Source: a virus. Taken from it: 64,000 nt of DNA. Below the pieces are notes generated by a model. That model was not told the DNA's origin. It searched no databases and was given only the letters and a program-made list of their open reading frames with translations. Shown here piece by piece: positions 8,888 to 18,680 of the stretch. Position numbers and translations under genes: made by a program. Each line of letters starts with the position of its first letter. Position 1 is the first letter of the stretch. The DNA lies in IMG/VR virus record IMGVR_UViG_3300048922_000467, positions 22,454-86,453 of that record; one strand, written 5' to 3'.

Positions 8888-9664
8888 CTATGATGCCTGG
8901 CGCTGCATCCAATAGATCGACGCCTCAACAACTTCCAGAACTCGAAGCTTGAGCGTCTGTTCCATCAAGTTCATGTCTCGTTTGTACTTTTCAAAAGTAG
9001 CTACGCATGCTGGATCAAGGCGCTGCTGCTCGCTCAGCTCGTTGCCGAGGTTTTCAGGGAATGGGTGCAAGGGCCATGAACCATACTGATCTGCCAGCAG
9101 CCGCACTTTGTCTGTGAGAACCAGCCAGTCGAGCGCATGGTCAGGTGATATTGACGCTGCCAACGTAAGGCCGTGCTGGAAATCCGGATACCTGGAGTGA
9201 GCGGTTTCCATTGCAAATTTGAGCTTGAGAATTTGAGCCCCCGTAACAATCGAGCTCTTGTGGGCCTTCAAGTTGTCCAGAGCCAGGATGGATGGGTCGA
9301 TCGATGTGATCGGTGTTTCGTGACCGAAAACCCGAGTGCGCTCGTAGGCGTCAATGACGGAGGCTAGGATCAGATTCAAAGGCGTTAGCGTCAGCGTCTC
9401 CCTTCGGTAGCTGGGTATGAGCTCGATCACTACATAGAACACATACGCAGAAAACAGCCCGACAAGAAGGTCACTGCTGACACTACCGGTGGCCTCGGCA
9501 GAGAGAAAGGCAGCAATCTTGCCCCCTTTCAGCCAGGGCCAAACCTCCAGCTGGAGGTTGATCAGGATGATGAGACCCAGAACAGTGAGAGCAGCTGCTA
9601 GTAGCCACTTTTCCCTCGTTTCACGCCATACCCACATGACCCAACTCTCCCTGAAATCCGGCAA
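8888..9664 (-). CDS. Hypothetical membrane protein (two N-terminal TM segments)
   Basis: Hydrophobic stretches WLLAAALTVLGLIILINLQL and LLVGLFSAYVFYVVIELI followed by a soluble domain. Confidence 0.75.
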   Translation of the reverse strand: MPDFRESWVMWVWRETREKWLLAAALTVLGLIILINLQLEVWPWLKGGKIAAFLSAEATGSVSSDLLVGLFSAYVFYVVIELIPSYRRETLTLTPLNLILASVIDAYERTRVFGHETPITSIDPSILALDNLKAHKSSIVTGAQILKLKFAMETAHSRYPDFQHGLTLAASISPDHALDWLVLTDKVRLLADQYGSWPLHPFPENLGNELSEQQRLDPACVATFEKYKRDMNLMEQTLKLRVLEVVEASIYWMQRQAS

Positions 9665-9741
9665 GGATACCGGCAGGGAGGCCGTTTGACATCAAAACAT
9701 GGCGTGGCCCATCTCTCCTGCGAGCGACGGCTCACAGGACA

Positions 9742-10689
9742 TCATTCGCCAATTGCGGTTTGGGCGGTCTTTTTCTCTAGGCTGCACAACATAACGATTG
9801 CAGATGCGGTCATGTGCAAAACGTATGCAGCGATCTCAGGCTCAACTTCTGAGACCTCCGAGCCTTGACCGTGCCCACCCTCCTTATTACGGATGGTTGG
9901 AACACTGCTTTCCAACAAGGTTGAGAGAGCATTCAGGTGGTTCTGGTGATACGACGGCAGGAAGTTATTAGCCAGGAGTACAGCCAGAAGCCTTTTAGCT
10001 GGTGAGGTCTTATCGTACTCCCACCCTCGAAGCTCCAGCACCACCTTGATGGTACTTTCAAAGGCCTTTAGTGCATCATTCAAGGCTTCTTTGAGGTTGC
10101 TATGCCGATAGTGCTCATATGCGCCAAGAAACTCATCTCTCGGGCCTGCGTATTCCGCTTGATTCAGAAAGCTTATTGCTGGCTTGACTGCTTCAGCGTG
10201 AAGAAACTCGGAGTCTATTCTAAGAACTCTTCCATCATTTATCTCGTACCCCTTGCCATGCTCTTTGAATCGCGTGTTTAACTCGGAAACACACTCGTCA
10301 ATGTAAGCGCCCGTATCCTCTTTGGGATATCGATAGGTATACGATTTATCTCGGTAAGATTCCGCGATTACGAAGCAGAGTTCAATAGCATCAAGAACTC
10401 GATCAATGTCCCGTTCGATTGAAATGAACTGACCCAGCTCATCCATCACTGTTGACCGAGCATGGAGACCTGTCACCAGCTTGTAGACCCCATATTCCCG
10501 CCGAAGCACTTCGCAAATGCTTCCGTAATTACGCTCCTGCTCATTACGATCTTGAATGCCAAGTACATCGTCGATCACATAGCATATCTGAGCACGAAGG
10601 TTGGCATTGAAGTCGTCGTACGTGTAGACATCGGGTTCCAGACCCAGCTCACGCTTCCTACGTTTTGAATACAAATCGATGACTGGCAT
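9742..10689 (-). CDS. AbiJ-N-terminal-domain + HEPN-like (Abi_C-like) protein, candidate abortive-infection effector
   Basis: N-terminal LYSKR...DVYTYD...LRAQI; C-terminal KAFESTIK and IRNKEGGHGQG (RX5H). Confidence 0.75.
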   Translation of the reverse strand: MPVIDLYSKRRKRELGLEPDVYTYDDFNANLRAQICYVIDDVLGIQDRNEQERNYGSICEVLRREYGVYKLVTGLHARSTVMDELGQFISIERDIDRVLDAIELCFVIAESYRDKSYTYRYPKEDTGAYIDECVSELNTRFKEHGKGYEINDGRVLRIDSEFLHAEAVKPAISFLNQAEYAGPRDEFLGAYEHYRHSNLKEALNDALKAFESTIKVVLELRGWEYDKTSPAKRLLAVLLANNFLPSYHQNHLNALSTLLESSVPTIRNKEGGHGQGSEVSEVEPEIAAYVLHMTASAIVMLCSLEKKTAQTAIGE

Positions 10690-10751
10690 AGGCCCTCCCG
10701 GCGCTGTGAATGGGCATCATAGCGAGCCGTGGGCCATTTGACATCAAACTG

Positions 10752-12080
10752 TCAGGCAGCGACGTACTCAGTGGCCAGCCTGTCCGCGTTGTCTTCGATA
10801 CTGAAGTCGTTGCCCATGATCCCACGGCGCTTGAGCTCGCGAAGGTACTCGTATTGGCTCAGGTCGCCGTTGGCCCTGGCGGTAGCAAGCGCGGTGAGCT
10901 CCTGGGCATTGGCGTTGATGCCGTAGTCAGTGTTGATGTCCACCTGGAAATCAGCGTTCGACACACGGCTGAAACGGGCGAGCATTCCGAACACAGTCTT
11001 GAGGGCAGACGCTGTGGCCGTGGCCATCGAAGCAATCTGGTTGTTGGTGTCCGAGGCGTTTAGAGAACGGCCAGTCGCTGTTTCGACCACACCAGTGTTT
11101 TGGAGCATCTCGTTGCCATGTGACGCCATCAGCACCTCCAAGTCTTGAAGGCTGTCCCTGCCGGCAGTGATCGCAGCGCCCGTGTGCTCAACAAACTTGA
11201 GATCTGCACCCTCGGCACTGCACATGATCGCGCTATCGACACCGATCTTGACGACTGTGCCCTCAGGAATTCCTTTGCCGAACAGGATTGGCACCCTGGC
11301 AACGTGCAGGATGTTGTCCTGGTCGGACTGGGACTGCCAGTGCTTGATGTTCATGTGCGCCAGATCCTTGAGCGGAGGCTCGCAGAACAATGTGCCCCTG
11401 GTATCAGCTGGGTTTGAGTGAATCGCCACCACCGGAATCTCCGAGAGCCCGAAATCCCTCCAGGCCTCGATCTGCACGTAGTCGGCACCGTCAGACTCTT
11501 GCCAGATTGCCCACAGCACTTTGCCGTTGACCTTCCTGAACACGCGCACCCGGCAGACCGTTTTCTCGCCCCACTCACCATCCTCGACGGTTGCCTTCTC
11601 CGAAATCCTGATCTCACGCAACTTATCATCCTCGTCGAGCTTGTAGCCCAGGATGTCATCACCGCTGAGCCAGTAGGCATAGGGCTGCCCGCCGCCGATA
11701 GGTGCATCAACACAGAGGAAGGACGACCCGTTCCACAGCGCATCCTGGAACGCCATCGCCGCCAGCGCACTCACCGAAGTCCCTTTACCGTCGATGTTGC
11801 TGCTGAACAGCTCTGCCAGCTCAGGGTGAGATTCCGAAACCACAGCTACAGGTCTTGAGAAAGGCTTTGCAGACAAACTCTTTACGACCCTGGCCATGCG
11901 GTTGTTCAGGTACGTCCTGCATAGCCGTTTTTTGTACGACTCCGGGGTCTCGCCTGGCTCGTGCGGGAGAAATTCCTGGCCAGCAGCGCGCATTGCATCA
12001 GTGCCGCCCCGGAGTGCTCGGATGGCCCTGCGATCTGAGAAGTATTTGGAGCAGATTTCGGACTTGTCTTGTACTTTCAC
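10752..12080 (-). CDS. Phage portal protein (DUF4055-like)
   Basis: [10 protein letters not shown]...[28 protein letters not shown] motifs; directly downstream of TerL. Confidence 0.88.
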   Translation of the reverse strand: MKVQDKSEICSKYFSDRRAIRALRGGTDAMRAAGQEFLPHEPGETPESYKKRLCRTYLNNRMARVVKSLSAKPFSRPVAVVSESHPELAELFSSNIDGKGTSVSALAAMAFQDALWNGSSFLCVDAPIGGGQPYAYWLSGDDILGYKLDEDDKLREIRISEKATVEDGEWGEKTVCRVRVFRKVNGKVLWAIWQESDGADYVQIEAWRDFGLSEIPVVAIHSNPADTRGTLFCEPPLKDLAHMNIKHWQSQSDQDNILHVARVPILFGKGIPEGTVVKIGVDSAIMCSAEGADLKFVEHTGAAITAGRDSLQDLEVLMASHGNEMLQNTGVVETATGRSLNASDTNNQIASMATATASALKTVFGMLARFSRVSNADFQVDINTDYGINANAQELTALATARANGDLSQYEYLRELKRRGIMGNDFSIEDNADRLATEYVAA

Positions 12081-12110
12081 GGTCTTTTCGACTCTTATTA
12101 TGGCGTTTAT

Positions 12111-13628
12111 TTAACCCATTATCCCATGAGAGACAGTGGTAACTGGGCGCTTCCAGGTCAGGCGATATGCCAGCGCATCCCATGCATGATCGTCAGGCCC
12201 TTTGGCCACGGCATCGAGTTGATCGTCGTCACGCTGCAGGAATGGCAGGGTCTTAATCAGGAATTTCGCAGCAGGGAAAAAGTATATGTGAGGGTTGGAT
12301 GGATCTTGTACCTTGGTGGCCTGCAGCCGCCCAAACATGAGCTGCGCAGAGGTCACACGGGAGCCGGGAGACTTGTCAGAGTTCACAAAGTCGATGCCCT
12401 CAGCCTTCAAGTCCTTGGCCACTGTGGGTGCATTTCCCTGATCGACCTTTGAGCCGTTGTAGATCTGATTATCTGCTGGCCCTGGAGCGACTTTTTTGTG
12501 AGCACTCAACACCCCAGTCAGCAGCTTTTCCTCTTTCTGTTTGAGGCGTGCCCCGATCTGGCGAGCAGAGAGGAATAACCCAGCATCCGGGCGTGCCTGC
12601 TTGCCAGTTTTGGGATCGATTTCGGTGCCGTAATCCTCGCCAATCACAACCAGGCTGCCCTTCGGAGGACAGAATTCACGATTCCCCACTCGCACAGATT
12701 CCCCGTTACTCTCGGCAACCCAGAGACAACAAAAGGGGGTGCTCTGCCCAAAGTCGAAGCACCGATCGACCTTCCAGTCAACAGGGATCTGGAACGGATC
12801 AAGCAGCAGGTTTTGAGACCAAACGGGGCCAAACATCGCTCCTGTATCGACGGCTTCCCAGTCGCCCTCCAACCATGCAGCCCTTTTGGCCGGATCGGTG
12901 AGCTGGGCCAGGTAGTTTCGGATGTAGCCGTCGTCGATGTAGTGATTCTGAAAGATGGTGCCGAACAGTGCTGTGCGTTGCCTGGTGCCATCGGCGTTGT
13001 ATGTGATCTCGCCGGGCTTGCGCCCCTCAATGAAGCGCTCATACACCCAGGTTCTGCCGGCGCCCCAGGGGTTTGTGGTGCTGCGGACTTGCAGAGGTGG
13101 CGGGAGTGGTTGTGATGGGGTCGGTTGATACGCAGTACGGAGCGTCGACATCATTGCTTCGTAGACTTCGATCGTTGACCACGTTGCCAATTCGTCAAAG
13201 CCGATGAAGGCGTACTGGTGACCGTGGAATTTGCCGTCGTACTCCCGGACGTGTTTGATGTGATTGAAGATCAGCACCTCGCCCGTGGGGAAAGTCCATG
13301 AGTGCTTGGTCTCGTTCCATACGGCACCAGGGAAGATCCTGGGAATGAGCATGCCTGCAGTCTTCACCAGGTCAGCAAGGTGCTTGAACTCTTTCCGCAA
13401 GATGATCCCGCGCCAGTACGCACCCCAACCTTTTCCCACGTGCTGCAGGAACGCCATGATGAGTGCATCAGATTTGCCATTGCCCCTAGAGCCATGGAAC
13501 AGCACTTCCCGAGTGAGGTACTGAGGCTGACCCAGCACAAGGAACATCGACTGCGACCCAGGCAAGGGCTTCCATATGATGTTCTGCACAGCACGTGCAA
13601 GCGGACGGATCGCCTGGAAAGCACTCAT
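12111..13628 (-). CDS. Terminase large subunit
   Basis: Walker A GSRGNGKS, Walker B IGFDEL, TTNPWG, nuclease residues CFDFG and DHAWDAL; ATG 13628 overlaps the upstream stop. Confidence 0.92.
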   Translation of the reverse strand: MSAFQAIRPLARAVQNIIWKPLPGSQSMFLVLGQPQYLTREVLFHGSRGNGKSDALIMAFLQHVGKGWGAYWRGIILRKEFKHLADLVKTAGMLIPRIFPGAVWNETKHSWTFPTGEVLIFNHIKHVREYDGKFHGHQYAFIGFDELATWSTIEVYEAMMSTLRTAYQPTPSQPLPPPLQVRSTTNPWGAGRTWVYERFIEGRKPGEITYNADGTRQRTALFGTIFQNHYIDDGYIRNYLAQLTDPAKRAAWLEGDWEAVDTGAMFGPVWSQNLLLDPFQIPVDWKVDRCFDFGQSTPFCCLWVAESNGESVRVGNREFCPPKGSLVVIGEDYGTEIDPKTGKQARPDAGLFLSARQIGARLKQKEEKLLTGVLSAHKKVAPGPADNQIYNGSKVDQGNAPTVAKDLKAEGIDFVNSDKSPGSRVTSAQLMFGRLQATKVQDPSNPHIYFFPAAKFLIKTLPFLQRDDDQLDAVAKGPDDHAWDALAYRLTWKRPVTTVSHGIMG

Positions 13629-14062
13629 GCCCTGAAGCCCGCTTCGCGGTTTGCGCACAAGCCGTTTTTGCTTACAAACACAGCTTCGAGAACCACCATT
13701 TCGTGAAGCTTGCGGGGCTGCTGGGATTTGGGGTCTGGGTCGTGTGCCTGGTGACCGTCCCAGTACACTGCATGCAGGTTGTAGCCGCTGCGGGAGAGGA
13801 TCGTCAGGATTGCGGGACGGTCTCGGACAACGTCGATGCTGCAGGGGTTGCCGGTGGTTTGGAGGTGTTGGTAGAAATCTGGAAAGGTTGCGTAGACCGG
13901 GCTCAGGCCAAGGCTCAGCAGGGCGTTGCAGGTGTCCGCTGCTGTTGTGCCACGCAGGTCTGCCTGGGGCCCAAAGCACTGCTGGGCTTGTTCGTAGGTG
14001 AGACCGAGTGCATTCGCCAGGCTGGCAATTCCGCAGTCAGTCAGAGTCCGTTGGGTGATCAT
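13625..14062 (-). CDS. Peptidase C39-like cysteine protease
   Basis: QRTLTDCGIASLANAL (catalytic Cys) and HAVYWDG...DP (His, Asp). Confidence 0.7.
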   Translation of the reverse strand: MITQRTLTDCGIASLANALGLTYEQAQQCFGPQADLRGTTAADTCNALLSLGLSPVYATFPDFYQHLQTTGNPCSIDVVRDRPAILTILSRSGYNLHAVYWDGHQAHDPDPKSQQPRKLHEMVVLEAVFVSKNGLCANREAGFRA

Positions 14063-14567
14063 TTGAGAGCTCTTTTGTTTTTGTTTTTGCGAGCTGTAGG
14101 GCGTCTTGTTGTTGCTGTGCGAGCACCTGGGCAATGTCCGCGTCGATCATGGTTGTGGGAATGAGTGCGATGCCTGTTCCTGTCTCACCTCCCTCCTGAC
14201 GGATTACGATTTCACGGCGTGCAGGGGCGGCGAATTGGTCTGGGAACATGCGCTGGAGGATATCGATGGCAACCCTCGGATCTTGCATTGCTCCTTTGAG
14301 CGCGGCGTCGGAAAGCCTTTGCCCGACCTTTGCGCGGGAGGCCTCGATCGTGTCCAGAAACTCCAGCAGGAGCTCGTCATTCGGACTGAGATTTTCGCGT
14401 CCAGGGTTGCCGTCAGCTATGTCCTGAGCCTGGGTTTTCCAGTAGTAAAATGTGGAGCGAGGCAGCCCAACACCACCGACCGCGACCTCGATTAATGGGG
14501 TCTTGGTGAGGGCTAAACCGAGGCGCTTGATGAGATCTCTGGTGAGTGATTTGGCAGCCATGATCAC
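14037..14567 (-). CDS. Putative terminase small subunit
   Basis: HTH-like GLPRSTFYYW followed by EFLDTIEASRA helix; position upstream of TerL. Confidence 0.7.
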   Translation of the reverse strand: MIMAAKSLTRDLIKRLGLALTKTPLIEVAVGGVGLPRSTFYYWKTQAQDIADGNPGRENLSPNDELLLEFLDTIEASRAKVGQRLSDAALKGAMQDPRVAIDILQRMFPDQFAAPARREIVIRQEGGETGTGIALIPTTMIDADIAQVLAQQQQDALQLAKTKTKELSNDHPTDSD

Positions 14568-15049
14568 TCCAGGAGGCGGATGCCGTATTTGGCGATCATC
14601 AGCGAGTCAGAGATGCCATCTTTGACTGAGGGGGTGCCGTCTTTGCGCTTACGCCCGTAGATCCCAGGGGCCTTGAAAATCTCGAATGCAACCTCGGCGG
14701 TCTGCTCCTTTGAGAGCCCGATCAGGTACTGGTGGCCTTTCCATTCCTGGGGTGTTGCGAACACCAGTCTGGCTGCGTAGACCTCTGACAGGGCCCGCAC
14801 AACGCCATAGGAATCGCCGAAGCTAAACATCGACACGACACCCTGGCCTGGGCGCGCACCGACTTTCTCGATGACAGCCAGGTCAATAGCATGGGATTCA
14901 AAGATCGCCTGAAGACCTTTCGGGCAAACCTTATCCTTGCCACCGACTTTCACCGTGGGCATGGAATAAGTTGCAATGAGGTTCAAGTTCTCGTCAATGA
15001 CTGACAGACCTCCGGACTTGCCGGGGTCGATACCAAGGATTAAGCGCAT
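14564..15049 (-). CDS. RuvC-like Holliday junction resolvase
   Basis: ILGIDPG, VIEKV, SMFSFG, PQEWK, DGISDSLMIA. Confidence 0.88.
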   Translation of the reverse strand: MRLILGIDPGKSGGLSVIDENLNLIATYSMPTVKVGGKDKVCPKGLQAIFESHAIDLAVIEKVGARPGQGVVSMFSFGDSYGVVRALSEVYAARLVFATPQEWKGHQYLIGLSKEQTAEVAFEIFKAPGIYGRKRKDGTPSVKDGISDSLMIAKYGIRLLE

Positions 15050-15071
15050 GGCGGGACTGACTTTATTATTG

Positions 15072-15830
15072 TTATTGTACAGTCATTGTAGCACTTGCTG
15101 ATTGTTGTTTGTGCGCAAAAAAGCCTGGATGGCTATTCATTCCGTCTGCGCTGAGTTGTTCTTTCAGAGACGGCAGGTTACGCCCGAAGTTTTGAACAAG
15201 CCATTTGTAACGATCGGACTTCCGGAAAGCGGCTTCTTGGCCCTCATAGCAATAGTCGAAGCCTTGCTTTTTGGCCCAGTCCTCCATCGTCATTGAAGTG
15301 CCATCAACACGAGGCTTAACCCATGGGCATTTGATATTGCGATTTGAGAAGATGAAGACGATGTGAATGTGGTTCTGCTTCGCAGCACAGATGTATTTTC
15401 TAGCAGTCTCAAGATCCGCGATAACCCCTTTGCCCTCGTAGACGATTCGATCATTTAGGGGGTCGATCCAGTCTGGCTGGTAGCTATGCTCGACATAGTA
15501 AGGAATCTTGTAAGCGGAAGGCTCGTAATCGAAGCCCTTCATGCCGCCGAAGTGCCCCATTCTGAATTCACTCCAGCTCCGATATGGGCGCGGGTAGCGA
15601 GGCAGGTCTGGAGTCTTGATGATTGACTCACCATCCTCAAACTTGCGCTGGTATGCCTGACGATTGTAGTCATTCCAAGGGAAGGCTTGCTCGACTTCAT
15701 AACAAGCATCAGCACATAGCTTGAGGAGCTCGTTGTCGACATTTAGATAGCCATGTGGCTTCTGGAAGTGTTTGGCGTATGAATCTGATTTAAAGATGTC
15801 AGCAATCTTCTGCGGATCTAGACCTTTCAC
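15072..15830 (-). CDS. T7 endonuclease I-like PD-(D/E)XK nuclease
   Basis: YEP...IPY...HSYQPDW...IVYEGKG...IVFIF...WAKKQGF pattern. Confidence 0.7.
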   Translation of the reverse strand: MKGLDPQKIADIFKSDSYAKHFQKPHGYLNVDNELLKLCADACYEVEQAFPWNDYNRQAYQRKFEDGESIIKTPDLPRYPRPYRSWSEFRMGHFGGMKGFDYEPSAYKIPYYVEHSYQPDWIDPLNDRIVYEGKGVIADLETARKYICAAKQNHIHIVFIFSNRNIKCPWVKPRVDGTSMTMEDWAKKQGFDYCYEGQEAAFRKSDRYKWLVQNFGRNLPSLKEQLSADGMNSHPGFFAHKQQSASATMTVQ

Positions 15831-15992
15831 AATGCACTCTCTTATTCTTATTATGTGCTGCTATGATCTTATTATCGTCAATGAGCAAAACATGACGCAA
15901 CACCTGGTCGCGCCTTTTATTCAATTATCTTAATTCTTTCTTATGCCGGACAACTTGCTGTGAGTTAGGGGCATCCTTGCCTCCGCAATCCC

Positions 15993-18182
15993 TTAAAGCC
16001 CGGTATACCCCTGCATCTGCTCAAGCGACTTCGGATCGATCACATAGTAATAGCCAGACTTACCGCCGTCCTTCCGCTTTGTTTTCAAACCATGCAGTGA
16101 CATGATTTCGGAGATTGCCCCTTGTTTGCTTCGGTCAGAGACTGAACCTGTGTTCTTGGGCATTTTGAATCCAGCCAGGATTGCTTCGTGCCTGACCGCA
16201 TTGATTCGATCGTAGAGAGCTACTGAGTCGGCTGGAGTCCAGTTGTCGTTGAGGAGGCCATTGTGCAACTCCTGGACGAGCTTTTCGAAGGTGGTTGATG
16301 GCTCGACGAATAGCTTGCGATAGTTGTCCAGCTTCACCTGCCCGACGCCTTCACCCCAAAACTGTGCGTCGTGGAAAGTCAGCTCCTTTCGCTTCAGGCC
16401 TTGCTGAGCCTGGTATCGGATTGCGGCAAAGTGTTCAGCTTCGCTGCTGGAGCCGATCTTCTGTGTGCGCTTGGCCTGGGCTTCAGTTGCAGCGGTAGCG
16501 TTCAGAAGGGTCAGCGCGGTGTCCTTCTTCACTGCTCTGCGACCGGCGCTGTTCGCTTTGAAGCCCTCAATGCCAAGGTCGTTATCGCTCGGGATCATTT
16601 CCAGCTTGAATCCCTGGCGTTTCAGCTCATACGGCAGGGTTAGCTGGATGTTGTCCCGGAGCCAGCCGGTGCGCTTCATGTGATCCTTCCGAGCACCATC
16701 GAAGGCGGACTTGGCTGAGGCCTCGAACTCGACGTCAGCAATCTCCTCGCGCTTGTTTTGCGGGTTGCGAAGGCCGATCACGAACTCATTCGCAGTGCGG
16801 TCACGGCGCATCATCTGGATTGCGGAGCGGGGAGTCACAGAGCCCTCAAACAAGCCGTAATGCGCCTGGAAGTGACCGCTGGTGATGCTCAGGGCCGAGG
16901 TTATTGCAGGTGAGTAAATCACTACCTGGTGGGCCGTGGTATTGGGATTGCTGATGAAGGCTGCTTGGGCTGGCCAACCTGCGGATTTGCTGGTGATGAC
17001 CAATGGGGCGATGCCAGCCTTTTCCAGGACTTTGCCCAGGGCCTCGGCGTCCCTGGCGATGTCGATTGCGATCAGGGTGTTCTGGCCTGCATGGGCTGCA
17101 GAGAGGGCCATGGCACGCACCTGGTCGAGAGCGCCTACTTTGCAGTTGACGTCAGTGTGGGCCTGATCGATCTCGAAGCAGTGAATGAATTCCTTGCCTT
17201 TTTTGATCAAGGCGAGGCATTCGTCGTTGACGTCAGCGTCCGCGAAGACAACTGATTTCGCGTTGTGTACGACCTGCTTGAGGGTGTTCCAGACGACTTC
17301 GCGCTGCTGGACAGACCCTTCAAACACGTGATCGAGCACCTGAGCGGCCTCATCAATCACCACCAGATCAACGGCTTTGATGAAGTCGTCAAATTTCGCG
17401 CTGATGAGTGAGTTGACAACCACCTTGAGTCCACGGGTTTTCTGCATCTGGCCTGGCTGTACGTCTTCGTAGTCAACGAGACCTGGGATGTCGATGCCCT
17501 TGACGATCGAGCGGCGATGGGAAATCACGAGAACCTTCTTGCCGGCGTCCAGGAAGTCGGAGATGCAAGGGTTGATGACGAGGGAGCTTTTACCCCACCC
17601 AGTCGGGCATTTGATCAGTGCGCGACGGTCGCAACGAAGGAGAACCGAGCGGAGCCAGGACGTGGAAACTGGCTTATGGACTACAGGGAAGTCATGGCTA
17701 TCGCTTTTTGAATCGAAGAACGCCTGAACGCGAAGTGTTTTATCGGCGATGGCCATTGCGCATTCAGTCTCACCTTTTCCAGACACCAAGGCCAGGCGCT
17801 GAGCGGCGACTGCTTTGTTTCCGGCAATATATGTATCCCTAGCCAATTCGTAAGCTGCTTTACTGAAATTGCCTTCAGTCATCTCGTTTTTGAGCACGAG
17901 CAGCGCAACGTCAGACTTGTTCAGTTGATAGACGTTATCTGTGATTTTCCCAGAGAGGGGATCGTAAAGGCCTGACGCGGTTTTAAATGCTGCTTCAACT
18001 GCTTTGCTTGCAGAGTTGGAGATGCTCACCAGTCTTTTAAGGCTTGGATATTCGCTCTTAATGTACTGCGTGGAATCTGTGAGGTCATCAGCTGCAACGG
18101 TTTGGAAGCCATTGACAGGAAAATCCATGCCGATAATGACCGTATTGCCAGCGCCAGTGATGTTTTGTTCGACCTGATGCAT
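15993..18182 (-). CDS. SF2 helicase-like origin-binding replication protein (UL9/CyRepA1-like)
   Basis: CPTGWGKS, VISHRRS, VVIDEAAQ, ADAD, YSPAITSALSI, QMMRRDR; start at ATG 18182 after element leader. Confidence 0.8.
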   Translation of the reverse strand: MHQVEQNITGAGNTVIIGMDFPVNGFQTVAADDLTDSTQYIKSEYPSLKRLVSISNSASKAVEAAFKTASGLYDPLSGKITDNVYQLNKSDVALLVLKNEMTEGNFSKAAYELARDTYIAGNKAVAAQRLALVSGKGETECAMAIADKTLRVQAFFDSKSDSHDFPVVHKPVSTSWLRSVLLRCDRRALIKCPTGWGKSSLVINPCISDFLDAGKKVLVISHRRSIVKGIDIPGLVDYEDVQPGQMQKTRGLKVVVNSLISAKFDDFIKAVDLVVIDEAAQVLDHVFEGSVQQREVVWNTLKQVVHNAKSVVFADADVNDECLALIKKGKEFIHCFEIDQAHTDVNCKVGALDQVRAMALSAAHAGQNTLIAIDIARDAEALGKVLEKAGIAPLVITSKSAGWPAQAAFISNPNTTAHQVVIYSPAITSALSITSGHFQAHYGLFEGSVTPRSAIQMMRRDRTANEFVIGLRNPQNKREEIADVEFEASAKSAFDGARKDHMKRTGWLRDNIQLTLPYELKRQGFKLEMIPSDNDLGIEGFKANSAGRRAVKKDTALTLLNATAATEAQAKRTQKIGSSSEAEHFAAIRYQAQQGLKRKELTFHDAQFWGEGVGQVKLDNYRKLFVEPSTTFEKLVQELHNGLLNDNWTPADSVALYDRINAVRHEAILAGFKMPKNTGSVSDRSKQGAISEIMSLHGLKTKRKDGGKSGYYYVIDPKSLEQMQGYTGL

Positions 18183-18199
18183 TTCAATTTCTCTCTGTA

Positions 18200-18663
18200 T
18201 TGTTGTCGTGCTCTCTTGCACATTTATAGTGTTATCCATGAGCAAAAGACCATGCAACACCTTTTGGGGTTGACACTTGGGTATGTTGAGGTATGCAAGT
18301 AACGCTGGGTTGATTGGGGGCTATTGAGGTAACGCCCGGTTGATTTCGGTTGCGCGAGAATGCTGTTCGAGAGCAGGGCGTAACGCAGCGTTGTGATTTT
18401 AGTTTTTCTTAACCAAGAGACTTGACCTGCCTACTGGCTCGGGTTTTCATAAACTCATCACAAAGCATCTGCACCCTCAACCGCCCCTTTCTTTTATAAA
18501 AGGAGAGACCCGTTGCAGGCGAGGTAGTTTTCTTTGGTTAAGAGAAACGGAAGTAGATTTCCTTTTGTATACCTCGACTCCAAAAATTGACAAGCGAAAA
18601 AGGTGTTGCGCAGGCTTTTACTCATATTCAACACTATAAATGTGCAAGAGAGCACGACAACAA
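18200..18663. repeat. Inverted repeat (34 bp perfect, ~66 bp imperfect) flanking a probable origin
   Basis: 18200-18233 is the exact reverse complement of 18630-18663; GTAACGCnnGGTTGATT repeats at 18299 and 18329, partial at 18380. Confidence 0.9.
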
Positions 18664-18680
18664 GAAGAGAGAGCATCACA

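Noticed and set aside
8621-8893. 90-aa plus-strand ORF ending LAGDLGL as a third DLGL-tag protein
   Set aside because: No RBS, overlaps neighbouring genes and lies in a G-rich intergenic tract; likely chance
13629-13979. N-terminal extension of TerL given by the ORF track
   Set aside because: Overlaps the C39 peptidase; ATG 13628 with ATGA coupling is the better start
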